Notes under the pieces: model-generated
Database searches by the model: none
Told to the model about the DNA's origin: nothing
The model's input: the letters and a program-made list of their open reading frames with translations, nothing else
In this document: positions 52,428-62,776 of the stretch, one piece after another
Numbering within the stretch: the stretch's first letter is position 1
How the letters are laid out: each line of letters begins with the position of its first letter
Program-made: the position numbers and the translations under genes
Source: Alphaproteobacteria bacterium
GTDB lineage: Bacteria; Pseudomonadota; Alphaproteobacteria; JAUHZY01
DNA length: 64,000 bases
Reading direction: 5' to 3'
Assembly: GCA_030425825.1 (NCBI GenBank)
Contig: JAUHZY010000001.1
Coordinates: 743,607-807,606 of the forward strand

Positions 52428-53233
52428 TGCTGATTGATGACTTAAAATGGGCCGTCTCATCACCCAGCCTCATCAAAGATAACGCATTATTTGATGAAAA
52501 CTTTATTAACCTTGATGAACAAAATATTCCTCAAAATGCAAAAGATATAGTTCTTAACCGCTCAAGAAAAAACCTTGGTTCTTATTTTGAGAAACTTATT
52601 GAAGTTGCCTGCCTGTCAGACAACCAAACAAATATTATCAAAACAAACTATCAAGTCATCAAAGAGAAGGAAACGTTTGGTGAATTTGATCTGATTCTAA
52701 AACGCGCTCAAGAGTTTTTTCACGTTGAACTCGCTGTTAAGTTCTATCTCGGCACAAAAGAGTGTAAAGAAATATCAGATTTTATTGGTCCTGGAAAACG
52801 AGATCGTTTTGATCTAAAAATAGATAAAATTGTCGACAAACAGAGTTCACTCTCAAAAACAATTGAGGCACAAGAAGCGCTTCAAAATATTGGTATTAAA
52901 AAAGTTACACCTAAAATTTACTTAAAAGGCGCTCTTTTCTATCCCATTAATCTTTTTAGAAATAATACGTTTCCAGCAATTAAAAACATCAACCCATATC
53001 ATTTAAAAGGCTGGTGGGCTCATGAAAAATACTTAAATGAATTAGATAATGAATGCCTGTGGTCACCTCTTGAAAAGCCACATCAGCTCTCTTTAAAAAA
53101 CCATCAAAAACCAATGTCATTCGAAGAAATAAAAACATATATAAAAAACAAAAGCTGGCCTGTAATGGTTGTAAGACTTGATAGAAACCTAAAGGCCATA
53201 GACCGTGGTTTTGTTATGCCAAATGAATGGTGA
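52427..53233 (+). CDS. DUF1853 family protein (PD-(D/E)XK-like)
   Basis: GEFDLIL....HVELAVKFYLG matches the DUF1853 core as I recall it. The start overlaps the accD stop. Confidence 0.6.
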   Translation: MLIDDLKWAVSSPSLIKDNALFDENFINLDEQNIPQNAKDIVLNRSRKNLGSYFEKLIEVACLSDNQTNIIKTNYQVIKEKETFGEFDLILKRAQEFFHVELAVKFYLGTKECKEISDFIGPGKRDRFDLKIDKIVDKQSSLSKTIEAQEALQNIGIKKVTPKIYLKGALFYPINLFRNNTFPAIKNINPYHLKGWWAHEKYLNELDNECLWSPLEKPHQLSLKNHQKPMSFEEIKTYIKNKSWPVMVVRLDRNLKAIDRGFVMPNEW

Positions 53234-55222
53234 TTAATGACAGAAAAAAGTACACCACGCTTTTACTAAATGCTTAGGATCGCGCGTATTTGAGTGGCCT
53301 TCCCAAGAACCTAAAATATAGCGATAAATCGTCAGTTTTTCTAGAACACGCTGAACATAATTTCTGGTCTCACGAAATGAAATCATTTCCATCCAGTCTA
53401 TCAATTCATCTGGATTGTTATGGTTTAGCAGGCCGTATTCTTCCACCCATCTATCGGCATTCTTAGGCCCTGCATTATATCCTGCTAATGTCAAAACATA
53501 GGAACCATCAAAGCGTTCCTGGAGATCTTTGACATATGCGTTTCCTAACTTGATATTATGCTTTGGATCTCTTGTAAGACGACTTGTAGAGTGTCTACGA
53601 ATATTTTTTTTTCTTGCAATCAACTTAGCTGTACCAGGTGTAATTTGCATCAGCCCTCTTGCGCCTGCTTTGCTAACTGCATCTTTTTTGAAGCGACTCT
53701 CTTGATGTATAATTGCATGGATTAAAGCAGGCTCAACATCCCCTTTAAGCTTAATGTTAAGGGTTGGAAACATATCATCTAACAACATAAACCCCTTTCT
53801 TGCAGCTTTACTTCTAGCAAGAACCATCAGCCTTTCATTACCAAACATGCGTGCACGATCTATTAGAATTTTGAGTTCGTCATAATTGACTGTATTATCA
53901 AACAGAGAAACGAAAAAAGACCTCGATAATGTAGGCGATTCTAAGGCATAAAGAATGTCGAGCACACGAACAAGGTCTTTGCTTTCAAAGCGTCTTTTCA
54001 CTGTTTGGTTCATAGGATATTGAATTGAAATATAAGGAAGCTGCTTTTCTCCAAGCCTCAATAATGCCTGTTGCCCATAAAAAGTTCCTGTATATTGACC
54101 TGCTTGTTTATACCAATAAGATGCGCGCGAATCTTCTTTCAGTGCCTCATAACTTCGCCCAGCCCAATAAGCAGCGCGTGCACGACTAACTGCTGTTGTT
54201 ACTTGACCAAACATTTTTACAAAGCGCTTTGTTGCGATTGCAGGCTTGTTTATAAAACGCAGCTCTAACCATCCACTTAAGAACTCAGCCAATGCTCTTT
54301 TCGCACCACTTGTTTGTTTATGAGTAGAAGCAAGTGCGTGTGCCATTTCATAATTCTTTTCTTTTAGTGCGCGACGAATTTGTATTTCACGCTCTGACCA
54401 CCATTTTTCTGGATACGGAACACTAGCAGGAAGAGAAAGAAGTATCTTGCGCGCCTTATCATTTTTCTTCTGACGCCTGTACTTCTTCACAAAATAACGC
54501 TGAAAAGCGAGGTGTTTCTGCTGTGCAGAGGAAAGCTTATCATACTTTTGCATAAAGTATTTAGGTGAACGAATAAGTGTGTTCCAAGCGTTGTAGAGCT
54601 TCTGATTTTTTTCATTTAACATTGCATACATGTACTTTGCGCCTGCAGTTCTGTTCTCCCACAAAAGTCTTTCAAGACGACTTAAATGATCTGATTGATT
54701 TAAATACGCACGAAACTCGCCATAAAACTCGTCTTGCTGCTTGCGTGAAAAGTTTAGCTTTGTCCAAGATTTTTTAACCTCTTCTCTGACGCGATCATTT
54801 CTTTCTAACATCTGCAAGGCACGAATATAATAAAGGTGCCCGTCAATTGTTTTTGCAGGAAAAACATCAAACCAATCAACAACTTCTTGGGCTGTTAAAT
54901 TTGACCTTACAATACTTTTCTCAATATTCTTTTGAATGATATTTTGTCGCGGCCAATGTGAATTACGCACCTTAAAGTCTTTCATTTCATGAAAAGATTT
55001 AGGCGCATCGCTATCAACAAATCTCAACCAGTCAAAGAAATCAGTCACAACATCATCATCCAGTAAGGATATATTCTGATAAACTGTTTTCCAGTTATTT
55101 TTCTCTGCAAGTGTATAGGTGTTTTTCAATAACTGAACTTGCTCTAAAGAAAAACCTTCTGCATGAACGCTTCTTGCGAGAAAAATCATAAATGTAAGAA
55201 AGACAACGGTGATAAAACGCAT
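53234..55222 (-). CDS. slt: Soluble lytic murein transglycosylase (Slt70-like)
   Basis: Signal peptide, a long helical superhelix region, and a C-terminal SLT domain (IIHQESRFKKDAVSKAGARGLMQITPGTA ... AGYNAGP). Confidence 0.85.
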   Translation of the reverse strand: MRFITVVFLTFMIFLARSVHAEGFSLEQVQLLKNTYTLAEKNNWKTVYQNISLLDDDVVTDFFDWLRFVDSDAPKSFHEMKDFKVRNSHWPRQNIIQKNIEKSIVRSNLTAQEVVDWFDVFPAKTIDGHLYYIRALQMLERNDRVREEVKKSWTKLNFSRKQQDEFYGEFRAYLNQSDHLSRLERLLWENRTAGAKYMYAMLNEKNQKLYNAWNTLIRSPKYFMQKYDKLSSAQQKHLAFQRYFVKKYRRQKKNDKARKILLSLPASVPYPEKWWSEREIQIRRALKEKNYEMAHALASTHKQTSGAKRALAEFLSGWLELRFINKPAIATKRFVKMFGQVTTAVSRARAAYWAGRSYEALKEDSRASYWYKQAGQYTGTFYGQQALLRLGEKQLPYISIQYPMNQTVKRRFESKDLVRVLDILYALESPTLSRSFFVSLFDNTVNYDELKILIDRARMFGNERLMVLARSKAARKGFMLLDDMFPTLNIKLKGDVEPALIHAIIHQESRFKKDAVSKAGARGLMQITPGTAKLIARKKNIRRHSTSRLTRDPKHNIKLGNAYVKDLQERFDGSYVLTLAGYNAGPKNADRWVEEYGLLNHNNPDELIDWMEMISFRETRNYVQRVLEKLTIYRYILGSWEGHSNTRDPKHLVKAWCTFFCH

Positions 55223-55314
55223 AAAATTTTCTGTATGAATTGACTGATAGGTTGCACATAGTAAAGAAAATGACTACCCTATACCAGTCAAAAAACACTA
55301 AAGGTTAGAAGAAC

Positions 55315-55995
55315 ATGCAATCTCCAAAAGAAATGAAAAAAAGCTTAATTAAACGTCTTCGCAACTACCTTTTTAGCGGCATCCTGATTACTGTTCCTAT
55401 CACGTTCAGCCTTTATGTCGGATGGGTTTTGATTCAGTTTGTTGATGGTTTCGTACACAGAATCATCCCGCAGCAATACAATCCCTTTTCTTCAATGCCT
55501 TACGAGATACCAGGCCTCGGCATCATCATTGTGATCACATGCTTTATCAGTATTGGCATGCTAATGACCGGTATGATGGGGCGTGTTATAACGCGTCTGA
55601 TGGAATATTTTGTGATGAAAATCCCTGTCATTAAAACAGTTTATATCACCTCCAAACAAATCTTTGAATCCGTTTTCTCACAACAGTCTCAGGCGTTCAG
55701 ACAGGTAGCGCTTATCGAGTACCCGCGCAAAGGGGTTTGGTGTATTGGCTTTTTGACGGGAGAAACAGAAGGCGAAATTCAAGACATTACAAAAGGGCAA
55801 ATGTTAAATGTATTTTTACCAACAACTCCAAACCCAACTTCGGGGTTTCTCTTGTTCGTGCCTAAAAAGGACACCCATATCCTCAACATGACAGTCGAAG
55901 AAGGAATTAAAATGGTTATCTCCGGTGGCATCCTTGCCCCAGAGGATAAACGCTCTGAAGTTGAGAAGAAAAAACACCGCGATAAAGTAAAGTAA
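55315..55995 (+). CDS. DUF502 family membrane protein
   Basis: N-terminal LRNYLFSGILITVPITFSLYV TM pattern and FLPTTPNPTSGFL, both typical of DUF502. Confidence 0.7.
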   Translation: MQSPKEMKKSLIKRLRNYLFSGILITVPITFSLYVGWVLIQFVDGFVHRIIPQQYNPFSSMPYEIPGLGIIIVITCFISIGMLMTGMMGRVITRLMEYFVMKIPVIKTVYITSKQIFESVFSQQSQAFRQVALIEYPRKGVWCIGFLTGETEGEIQDITKGQMLNVFLPTTPNPTSGFLLFVPKKDTHILNMTVEEGIKMVISGGILAPEDKRSEVEKKKHRDKVK

Positions 55996-58077
55996 TTAGC
56001 CAGATTCAATATAGCTAACAACCTGATCTTTCTCAAATAAGTGCAAAAGTGTTTGCGCTGCCTTCCCTCTTTCTGATATCAGCCTTGGATCTTTTTCTAG
56101 AAGAAGACGTGCATCATCGCGCGCCATACCGATCAAATCAGCATGTTCATAAAAATCTGCTATTTTATATTCAGGCAATCCACTTTGTCTTTTGCCCAGC
56201 ACCTCTCCTGCCCCACGCAGCTTCATGTCTTGCTCTGAAATATAAAAGCCATCATCGCTTTCACGCATTGTTTTCAAACGTGCAGTAGCTGTTTCTGACA
56301 AAGGAGCTTTATACATAAGCAAGCAGTTTGATGCTTCACTTCCTCGACCGACACGACCGCGCAATTGATGTAGTTGCGCTAAACCAAAACGTTCGGCATG
56401 CTCAATAATCATGATTGTTGCTTCTGGTACGTTGACGCCCACTTCAATCACAGTTGTAGCGACGAGAATGTTAACATCACCATTAATGAAACGTTCCATA
56501 ACATTATCTTTTTCGCGCTCCTTCATTTTACCGTGAATCAAATCAACTGTTTCACCAAAAACTTTTTGCAAAAGATTAAAGCGCTCTTCAACAGACATCA
56601 GCTCTAGCTCTTCTGACTCTTCAACCAGCGGACAAATCCAATAAATTTTTGTCCCTTTTTCCAGCGCCCTCTTTAAACCTGCAACAACGTCCGCTATTTT
56701 ACCTGTTGGTATTGTCCGCGTTTCAATTTTCTGACGACCAGGAGGCTTTTCTGTCATTCGCGAAACATCCAAATCACCATAAGCAGACATTAATAATGTG
56801 CGAGGTATCGGAGTTGCTGTCATGACCAGAATATCTGTCATTTCACCTTTTGCAGAAAGCTTTAAGCGTTGCTCAACACCAAAACGATGCTGTTCGTCAA
56901 TGATTGCCAATCCAAGAGCTTTGAAAACGACATCATCTTGGAACAAAGCATGCGTACCAACAACGATATCTATATCTCCTGCCTTTAATTCTTCTAAGAC
57001 TTTCTCTCTTTTTTTGCCTTTTTCTTTTCCTGTTAATATTTCAACACGCACACCGATTGCGCCTAGACTTTCATAAAGTTCATTGAAATGTTGTGTTGCC
57101 AAAATACTTGTTGGAGACATAAAAGCCACCTGCTCATGGTTTTCAATCGTTGTTAGCGCGGCAAGCGCAGCAACCACAGTCTTCCCACTTCCAACATCGC
57201 CTTGCAGCAAGCGAATCATCTTAGAAGAAGATGCCATATCTTCATCAATTTCTGCCAATACATTTTGTTGCGCATTTGTTAGGTCAAAAGGCAATGTATT
57301 TAGATATTTGTTTCTTAAGGTTCCTTTAACAGCTCTTTCTTTTCCAGGTGTCTTTTTGTAAGAAGCACGAACAATTTGTAACGTTAATTGGTTTGCAAAA
57401 AACTCATCATAGGCAAGCCTTTGATAGTATTTGCTTTCTTGATCAATATCAGAAAGTTCTTCTGGCTGGTGAATTCTGGTCAAAGCTTCTTGCCAACCAC
57501 ACCATCCTTGCCGCTTCAAAACTGTTTCATCAACCCACTCTGGCAGTGATGGCACACGTTTTAAACAATGATACACAATGTTTTGAATGGTTTTCTGGTG
57601 CACACTTGCTGTTAAGCCATAACGCGCCTCTAAACCATTTAGTTTATATGTTTCCTCAAGCCTTAGAATATGCTCAGGATGTGTCATTTGTGGCTTGTTT
57701 TGGAAAAATCCAACCTCTCCACTAATTAAACGCTCTTCACCTGTTGGTAGTTTGCCAAGAATATAGTCAGGACGCGCCTGAAAAAAAACAATTTCTATTT
57801 GCCCTGTTTCATCTTCGGCAATCACGCGATAAGGCATGCCTCTGCGCTGAGATGGTATATGTTCAACAATACGAACCATAACAGTCGCGATGCCTTCATT
57901 TTTAATCTCGGATACTTTCGGACGATAACGCCTGTCAATGACATTATAAGGCAAGTGAAACAAAGCATCTGCCACTTTGTATATTGAAATTTTTTCGAGC
58001 GCTTTTGCTGTCTTCGGACCAACTTTTGGCAAAGATTGAATGGGCGCAAACAAAGGAAAAAGAACTTCAGGTCTCAA
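55996..58077 (-). CDS. recG: ATP-dependent DNA helicase RecG
   Basis: GDVGSGKT, DEQHRFG, QLHQLRGRVGRG. N-terminal wedge region. Confidence 0.95.
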   Translation of the reverse strand: MRPEVLFPLFAPIQSLPKVGPKTAKALEKISIYKVADALFHLPYNVIDRRYRPKVSEIKNEGIATVMVRIVEHIPSQRRGMPYRVIAEDETGQIEIVFFQARPDYILGKLPTGEERLISGEVGFFQNKPQMTHPEHILRLEETYKLNGLEARYGLTASVHQKTIQNIVYHCLKRVPSLPEWVDETVLKRQGWCGWQEALTRIHQPEELSDIDQESKYYQRLAYDEFFANQLTLQIVRASYKKTPGKERAVKGTLRNKYLNTLPFDLTNAQQNVLAEIDEDMASSSKMIRLLQGDVGSGKTVVAALAALTTIENHEQVAFMSPTSILATQHFNELYESLGAIGVRVEILTGKEKGKKREKVLEELKAGDIDIVVGTHALFQDDVVFKALGLAIIDEQHRFGVEQRLKLSAKGEMTDILVMTATPIPRTLLMSAYGDLDVSRMTEKPPGRQKIETRTIPTGKIADVVAGLKRALEKGTKIYWICPLVEESEELELMSVEERFNLLQKVFGETVDLIHGKMKEREKDNVMERFINGDVNILVATTVIEVGVNVPEATIMIIEHAERFGLAQLHQLRGRVGRGSEASNCLLMYKAPLSETATARLKTMRESDDGFYISEQDMKLRGAGEVLGKRQSGLPEYKIADFYEHADLIGMARDDARLLLEKDPRLISERGKAAQTLLHLFEKDQVVSYIESG

Positions 58078-58847
58078 AACACCTCCAAAACCATTCCATC
58101 ATAGGCTGGCTCAATATAGCTCGGCAACTCGGCCTTCAATGTCTCATAGTCTAACATATTATCCATATGATGCAGAATCGCTTTTTTAGGTTTGACAATG
58201 TCAATCCATTCTAAAGTTTGCGCAAGCCAGGAATGGGTTGGGTGCTTTTCTCGACGAATACAATCAACAACCCAAGTATCTACACCTTTTAAGATATCAA
58301 ACGCTTCTTCCGGCATATGCACAACATCTGTTGAATATGCAAAGTTACCGATTCTATACCCCAGGGTTGTTTGGTTATAACCATGGTCTTGATCAAAAGA
58401 AAGAATTTCCACATCTTTGTAATAAAAATGATTCTCAGCAACAGCAACGTTAAACCAAGGTTTAAATATTTGTTTTTTATCTGTAATCGGATTATCAAAA
58501 ATATAAGAAAATCGACTCTGGATTTCATCTAATGTTTCTTGATTCGCAAAAAGATCAATTGGACTTTTCATTTTCCGGTTAACAGCACGTAGCTCATCAA
58601 TGCCATGAAGGTGATCGGAATGCGCATGCGTGTAAAGTATTGCATCAACATGAGAAATATTGTGATTCAGAAGTTGCTGGCGCAAATCTGGAGAGGTATC
58701 AATAAGAATATTTGTTTTTTCAGTTTCAATAAAAACAGAAGAGCGCAAGCGTCTATTTTTAGGGTTTTTTGGATCGCAGTTACCCCATCCATAACCAATA
58801 ACAGGAACACCGGCTGAACCACCACACCCTAGGATGGTAATACGCAT
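58074..58847 (-). CDS. MBL-fold metallo-hydrolase (PhnP-like)
   Basis: HAHSDHLHG motif. Conserved position after tatD-metG in alphaproteobacteria. Confidence 0.8.
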   Translation of the reverse strand: MRITILGCGGSAGVPVIGYGWGNCDPKNPKNRRLRSSVFIETEKTNILIDTSPDLRQQLLNHNISHVDAILYTHAHSDHLHGIDELRAVNRKMKSPIDLFANQETLDEIQSRFSYIFDNPITDKKQIFKPWFNVAVAENHFYYKDVEILSFDQDHGYNQTTLGYRIGNFAYSTDVVHMPEEAFDILKGVDTWVVDCIRREKHPTHSWLAQTLEWIDIVKPKKAILHHMDNMLDYETLKAELPSYIEPAYDGMVLEVF

Positions 58848-59632
58848 GATCTCATCTCGCTTGGAATTTTATCAAATAAATCAAAAAAGTTTTTAGATGT
58901 TTTTTGTCCAACTTCTTCTAATGTTAGGTTTTGCAAGTCTGCTAGTTTCTTAGCAGTATGACGGGTATAAGCAGGCTCGTTTCGTTCACCGCGATGCGGC
59001 ATAGGAGCCAAATAAGGCGCATCTGTTTCAACCAGCAAGTGATCCATTGAAAGTTGTGCCGCAGTGTCATGTAGCTCTTTCGCATTCTTAAAAGTTAAAA
59101 TACCCGAGAATGAAATTAAGAAGCCGAGATTAATCGCCTGGTCAGCCAGCCATTTTGAAGATGTAAAACAGTGTAAAAGTCCTTTAAATGGCTTGAGCTC
59201 CATATGCTCTCTAAGAATACTAGCTGTGTCTTCTTCTGCATCACGACTGTGAATAATGATAGGCAGACCTGTTTCTTGACACGCCTTGATATGCTGTAAA
59301 AAGCTTTTTCTTTGAATATCACGGTCAGATGTCTCATAGAAATAATCTAACCCTGTCTCACCAATACCAACAACCTTCGGGTGCTGAGAAAACTTAATCA
59401 GCTTTTCTGTCGCATCATCTGTAACTGTTTCTGCTTCGTTAGGATGAATGCCAACTGTGCAATAAATATTGTCATAGGTTTCAGCAACTTTCAAAACATT
59501 AGGAAATTTTTCGAGTGTTACAGAAATTGTCAGCATCATTTTAACGCCAGCTTCATCTGCACGCTTCACAAGCGCTGGAAGCTCTGATTCAAACTCTGGG
59601 TAATCAAGGTGACAATGACTATCTACGAGCAT
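58829..59632 (-). CDS. tatD: TatD family deoxyribonuclease/hydrolase
   Basis: N-terminal DSHCHLD, HSRDA, and ETDAPYL. Confidence 0.9.
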   Translation of the reverse strand: MLVDSHCHLDYPEFESELPALVKRADEAGVKMMLTISVTLEKFPNVLKVAETYDNIYCTVGIHPNEAETVTDDATEKLIKFSQHPKVVGIGETGLDYFYETSDRDIQRKSFLQHIKACQETGLPIIIHSRDAEEDTASILREHMELKPFKGLLHCFTSSKWLADQAINLGFLISFSGILTFKNAKELHDTAAQLSMDHLLVETDAPYLAPMPHRGERNEPAYTRHTAKKLADLQNLTLEEVGQKTSKNFFDLFDKIPSEMRSCVLPS

Positions 59633-61137
59633 TCTTCTTCCTTCAATCTTGGAAATAACGGCTCTGGCTTCTCAAAAAAAGCGCCTTCGACGAGAGGAAC
59701 TTTCACTGATTCAAGCATGCGGTCAGAAACATCAATACCATAAATATCTAATAACTTGCTCATTGTTTGCGGCATAAAAGGCTGTAGAACAACCCCCAAA
59801 ACACGAATGACTTCACAAAGCACATACAAAACCGTCTTCATACGTTCAAGGTCTGTTTTACGCAGTCCCCACGGCGCCTGTTCATCTACATATTTATTCG
59901 CAGCACGCACCTGCAACCAAATAACATCCAACACCTTATTAAACTGCTGAATATCCATCAAAGGGCGTATTTCCTCTGGCAAGCTATATACAGCATCTAA
60001 TAACGACTGATCTACACTTTCCAACGATCCTTTTTCAGGAAACTTTTCTTCACAATGTTTATGCACAAAACTTAAAACACGTTGTGCCAAATTGCCTAAA
60101 TCATTCGCCAATTCTGTGTTTAAGCGATTTAAAATACCCGCACGCGAAAAGTCTCCATCATTACCAAAAGGAACTTCGCGTAATAAAAAGTAGCGAACTT
60201 GATCCAATCCATATGTTTCAACCAACTCAAACGGATCTATAACATTTCCAACAGATTTTGATATTTTCTGCCCTTCATTCGTCCACCACCCATGCGCAAA
60301 GATGCGGTCTGGTAACGGAATGTCTGCCGCCATTAAGAAAGCTGGCCAATAAACAGCATGAAAACGAACAATATCTTTTCCAACCATATGAAGTGCTGAT
60401 GTCCATAAATCTTCATCAATTTTGTCAGGGTAACCTATTGCCGTAAGATAATTAGTTAAAGCATCAAGCCACACATATACAACATGATCTGGATCATTTG
60501 GCACATCAACGCCCCATGAGAATGTTGTACGTGAAACAGATAAGTCTTTGAGACCGCCCTCAACAAAACTCATTACCTCATTACGACGAGATATAGGCAA
60601 AATAAAGTCCGCATGAGATTTATAATACTCTATCAATCGATCTTGGTATTTTGAAAGCTTGAAAAAATAACTTGCCTCCTCAACCCATTCAACATCAGCG
60701 CCAGTCGGTGCCTTACCATCAACAAGTTCTGTCTCTGCATAAAAAGCCTCATCACGTACAGAATACCATCCAGCATATTTATCTAAGTAAATATCACCTT
60801 TCTCAAATAAAGTATTCCACAATGCATGCACTGCCTTCTTATGTCGCTCTTCTGTTGTACGAATAAAATCGTCATGACTGAAGTTCATAAAATCAGCAAG
60901 CTTACGAAAATTATCCGACACTTCATCAACAAATAACTGCGGTGACCTCCCTGCTTTTTCTGCAGACTTCTCAACTTTTTGTCCATGCTCATCTGTTCCT
61001 GTTAAGAAAGTTACTTCTGCACCATCCAGGCGATAAAAGCGTGCAAGAACGTCACATGCCAGTGTTGTATATGCGTGTCCAATATGAGGCTTGTCATTCA
61101 CGTAGTAGATTGGCGTTGTTATATATTTTTTTGTCAT
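59623..61137 (-). CDS. metG: Methionine--tRNA ligase (short form, no C-terminal tRNA-binding domain)
   Basis: HIGH motif (PHIGHAYT) and KMSKS motif (KISKS). Confidence 0.97.
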   Translation of the reverse strand: MTKKYITTPIYYVNDKPHIGHAYTTLACDVLARFYRLDGAEVTFLTGTDEHGQKVEKSAEKAGRSPQLFVDEVSDNFRKLADFMNFSHDDFIRTTEERHKKAVHALWNTLFEKGDIYLDKYAGWYSVRDEAFYAETELVDGKAPTGADVEWVEEASYFFKLSKYQDRLIEYYKSHADFILPISRRNEVMSFVEGGLKDLSVSRTTFSWGVDVPNDPDHVVYVWLDALTNYLTAIGYPDKIDEDLWTSALHMVGKDIVRFHAVYWPAFLMAADIPLPDRIFAHGWWTNEGQKISKSVGNVIDPFELVETYGLDQVRYFLLREVPFGNDGDFSRAGILNRLNTELANDLGNLAQRVLSFVHKHCEEKFPEKGSLESVDQSLLDAVYSLPEEIRPLMDIQQFNKVLDVIWLQVRAANKYVDEQAPWGLRKTDLERMKTVLYVLCEVIRVLGVVLQPFMPQTMSKLLDIYGIDVSDRMLESVKVPLVEGAFFEKPEPLFPRLKEEECS

Positions 61138-61145
61138 TTTATATC

Positions 61146-62135
61146 CTAATGATTTTCTATTCTTTTATAGTCAAAAAGTGCTGACAGAAAAACCTGACGT
61201 CGATCAAGATGAATCAAATTAACTTTTTGCACACGCTCATATAATCTATCCCAAAAAGCCATCCATTTCTCTGCAACAGGTGATTTTGCTTTAACATTCT
61301 CTAATATACGCTCAAATAAAAGCTCTATTAGTATCATAAAATGGTCTGGATTTTCGGCACTTTTCAAAAGTGCCGCAGATGATTTTAGATCAATCTCTTC
61401 ACCAGAGAGAACGCTATCTATTTCATTAGAAAGTTTCTTAACATCCATTTCATAAAGTTTTAAAAACCGACCAAAGCTACCTAAGCTGGCTGTTTTATAA
61501 AAACTCACATCTTCAACAGGCTCATCCTGGAACTGTCGCGCAATAAGGCTATCAATATCTTTTTCTTCCAAAGGACTTAAACGAAGTAATCTGCACCTAG
61601 AACGTATTGTTGGCAAAAGCTTTCCAGGTGAGTGTGAAATAAGAAAAAACAATGTTTTTTCTGGTGGCTCTTCTAGCAGTTTTAGTAAGGCATTTGCCGC
61701 ATTCGGATTAAGCATATCAATACTATCAACCAAAACAACGCGCCACCCACCATTTGATGGTGTCATTCTGAGAAAAGAAGAAACAGCACGAACCTCATCA
61801 ACTTTAATGGCACTTCCTGCACCATAGTCAATTTCACTTTCAATAATTTTAACCTGAGGGTGGGTATGCGATGAAATACGCGCAATAAGGGATTCATCAA
61901 CACCTTCCACAGCAGGCAAAGCATCTCCGAACAATCCTCCTTCTTGCACTTCCTTATTTTTTGAAACAATCATACGCGTGAGATGATGAACAAAGGTAGC
62001 TTTCCCTATTCCTTTTGGGCCTGTGACAAGCCATGCATGGTGAAGCTTTTCTTTATCAAAAAGTGCTTTGAAGGCTGCCTCTTCTTTGTGATGACCCACA
62101 AGAAATGTTTGGTCAACAGGCTTCACGACATCCAT
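61146..62135 (-). CDS. holB: DNA polymerase III delta' subunit
   Basis: GPKGIGKAT P-loop-like motif and SRC motif (IRSRCRLL). Follows tmk. Confidence 0.88.
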   Translation of the reverse strand: MDVVKPVDQTFLVGHHKEEAAFKALFDKEKLHHAWLVTGPKGIGKATFVHHLTRMIVSKNKEVQEGGLFGDALPAVEGVDESLIARISSHTHPQVKIIESEIDYGAGSAIKVDEVRAVSSFLRMTPSNGGWRVVLVDSIDMLNPNAANALLKLLEEPPEKTLFFLISHSPGKLLPTIRSRCRLLRLSPLEEKDIDSLIARQFQDEPVEDVSFYKTASLGSFGRFLKLYEMDVKKLSNEIDSVLSGEEIDLKSSAALLKSAENPDHFMILIELLFERILENVKAKSPVAEKWMAFWDRLYERVQKVNLIHLDRRQVFLSALFDYKRIENH

Positions 62136-62137
62136 AT

Positions 62138-62776
62138 TTAAGACGCCTCAAGTGTAATTGAAAATCTTTCTTCAAGCGTGTTCAAAAGGATTTCTGAAAC
62201 TTCATCGCGTGGCAGTTCTGCGTCCACAATAACACATCTAGGGCTGTCTTGCACTGCAAGATCAAGAAAGCCTTGGCGCACTTTTTGATGAAACTCTATA
62301 CCTTTGCTTTCAAACCTTGCTTCGCCATGACTGACCAACTCTGATCTTGTCAGCCCAGCTGCAGGCTCAATATCCATGACAAATGTCAGGTCAGGCATTT
62401 GCCCATCTGTCGCTAAATCATTAAAATCGTAAATAGATTTCACAGGAATCCCTCTGACCAAACCTTGGTAAACAAGCGTCGAATCAATAAAACGATCACA
62501 TATAACCCAAACACCATTTTTCAAAGCAGGCTCGATTACTTTTTTCCAGTGATCCCTTCTTGCCGCGAAGAAAAGAAAGGTCTCACTAACAGCGTCCCAT
62601 CTGTCTTGATGCCCACGGACAAGAAGTTCGCGAATTTTCTCACCTTCTTCTGTTCCTCCAGGCTCTCTGGTTACTAATACATCACAACCACTTTTTTCAA
62701 GAACATCTGCAAGAAACTTTGTTTGCGTTGTCTTGCCACTACCTTCACCGCCCTCAAGCGTAATAAAATTAGACAT
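62138..62776 (-). CDS. tmk: Thymidylate kinase
   Basis: P-loop GGEGSGKTT and DRFIDS. Confidence 0.95.
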   Translation of the reverse strand: MSNFITLEGGEGSGKTTQTKFLADVLEKSGCDVLVTREPGGTEEGEKIRELLVRGHQDRWDAVSETFLFFAARRDHWKKVIEPALKNGVWVICDRFIDSTLVYQGLVRGIPVKSIYDFNDLATDGQMPDLTFVMDIEPAAGLTRSELVSHGEARFESKGIEFHQKVRQGFLDLAVQDSPRCVIVDAELPRDEVSEILLNTLEERFSITLEAS

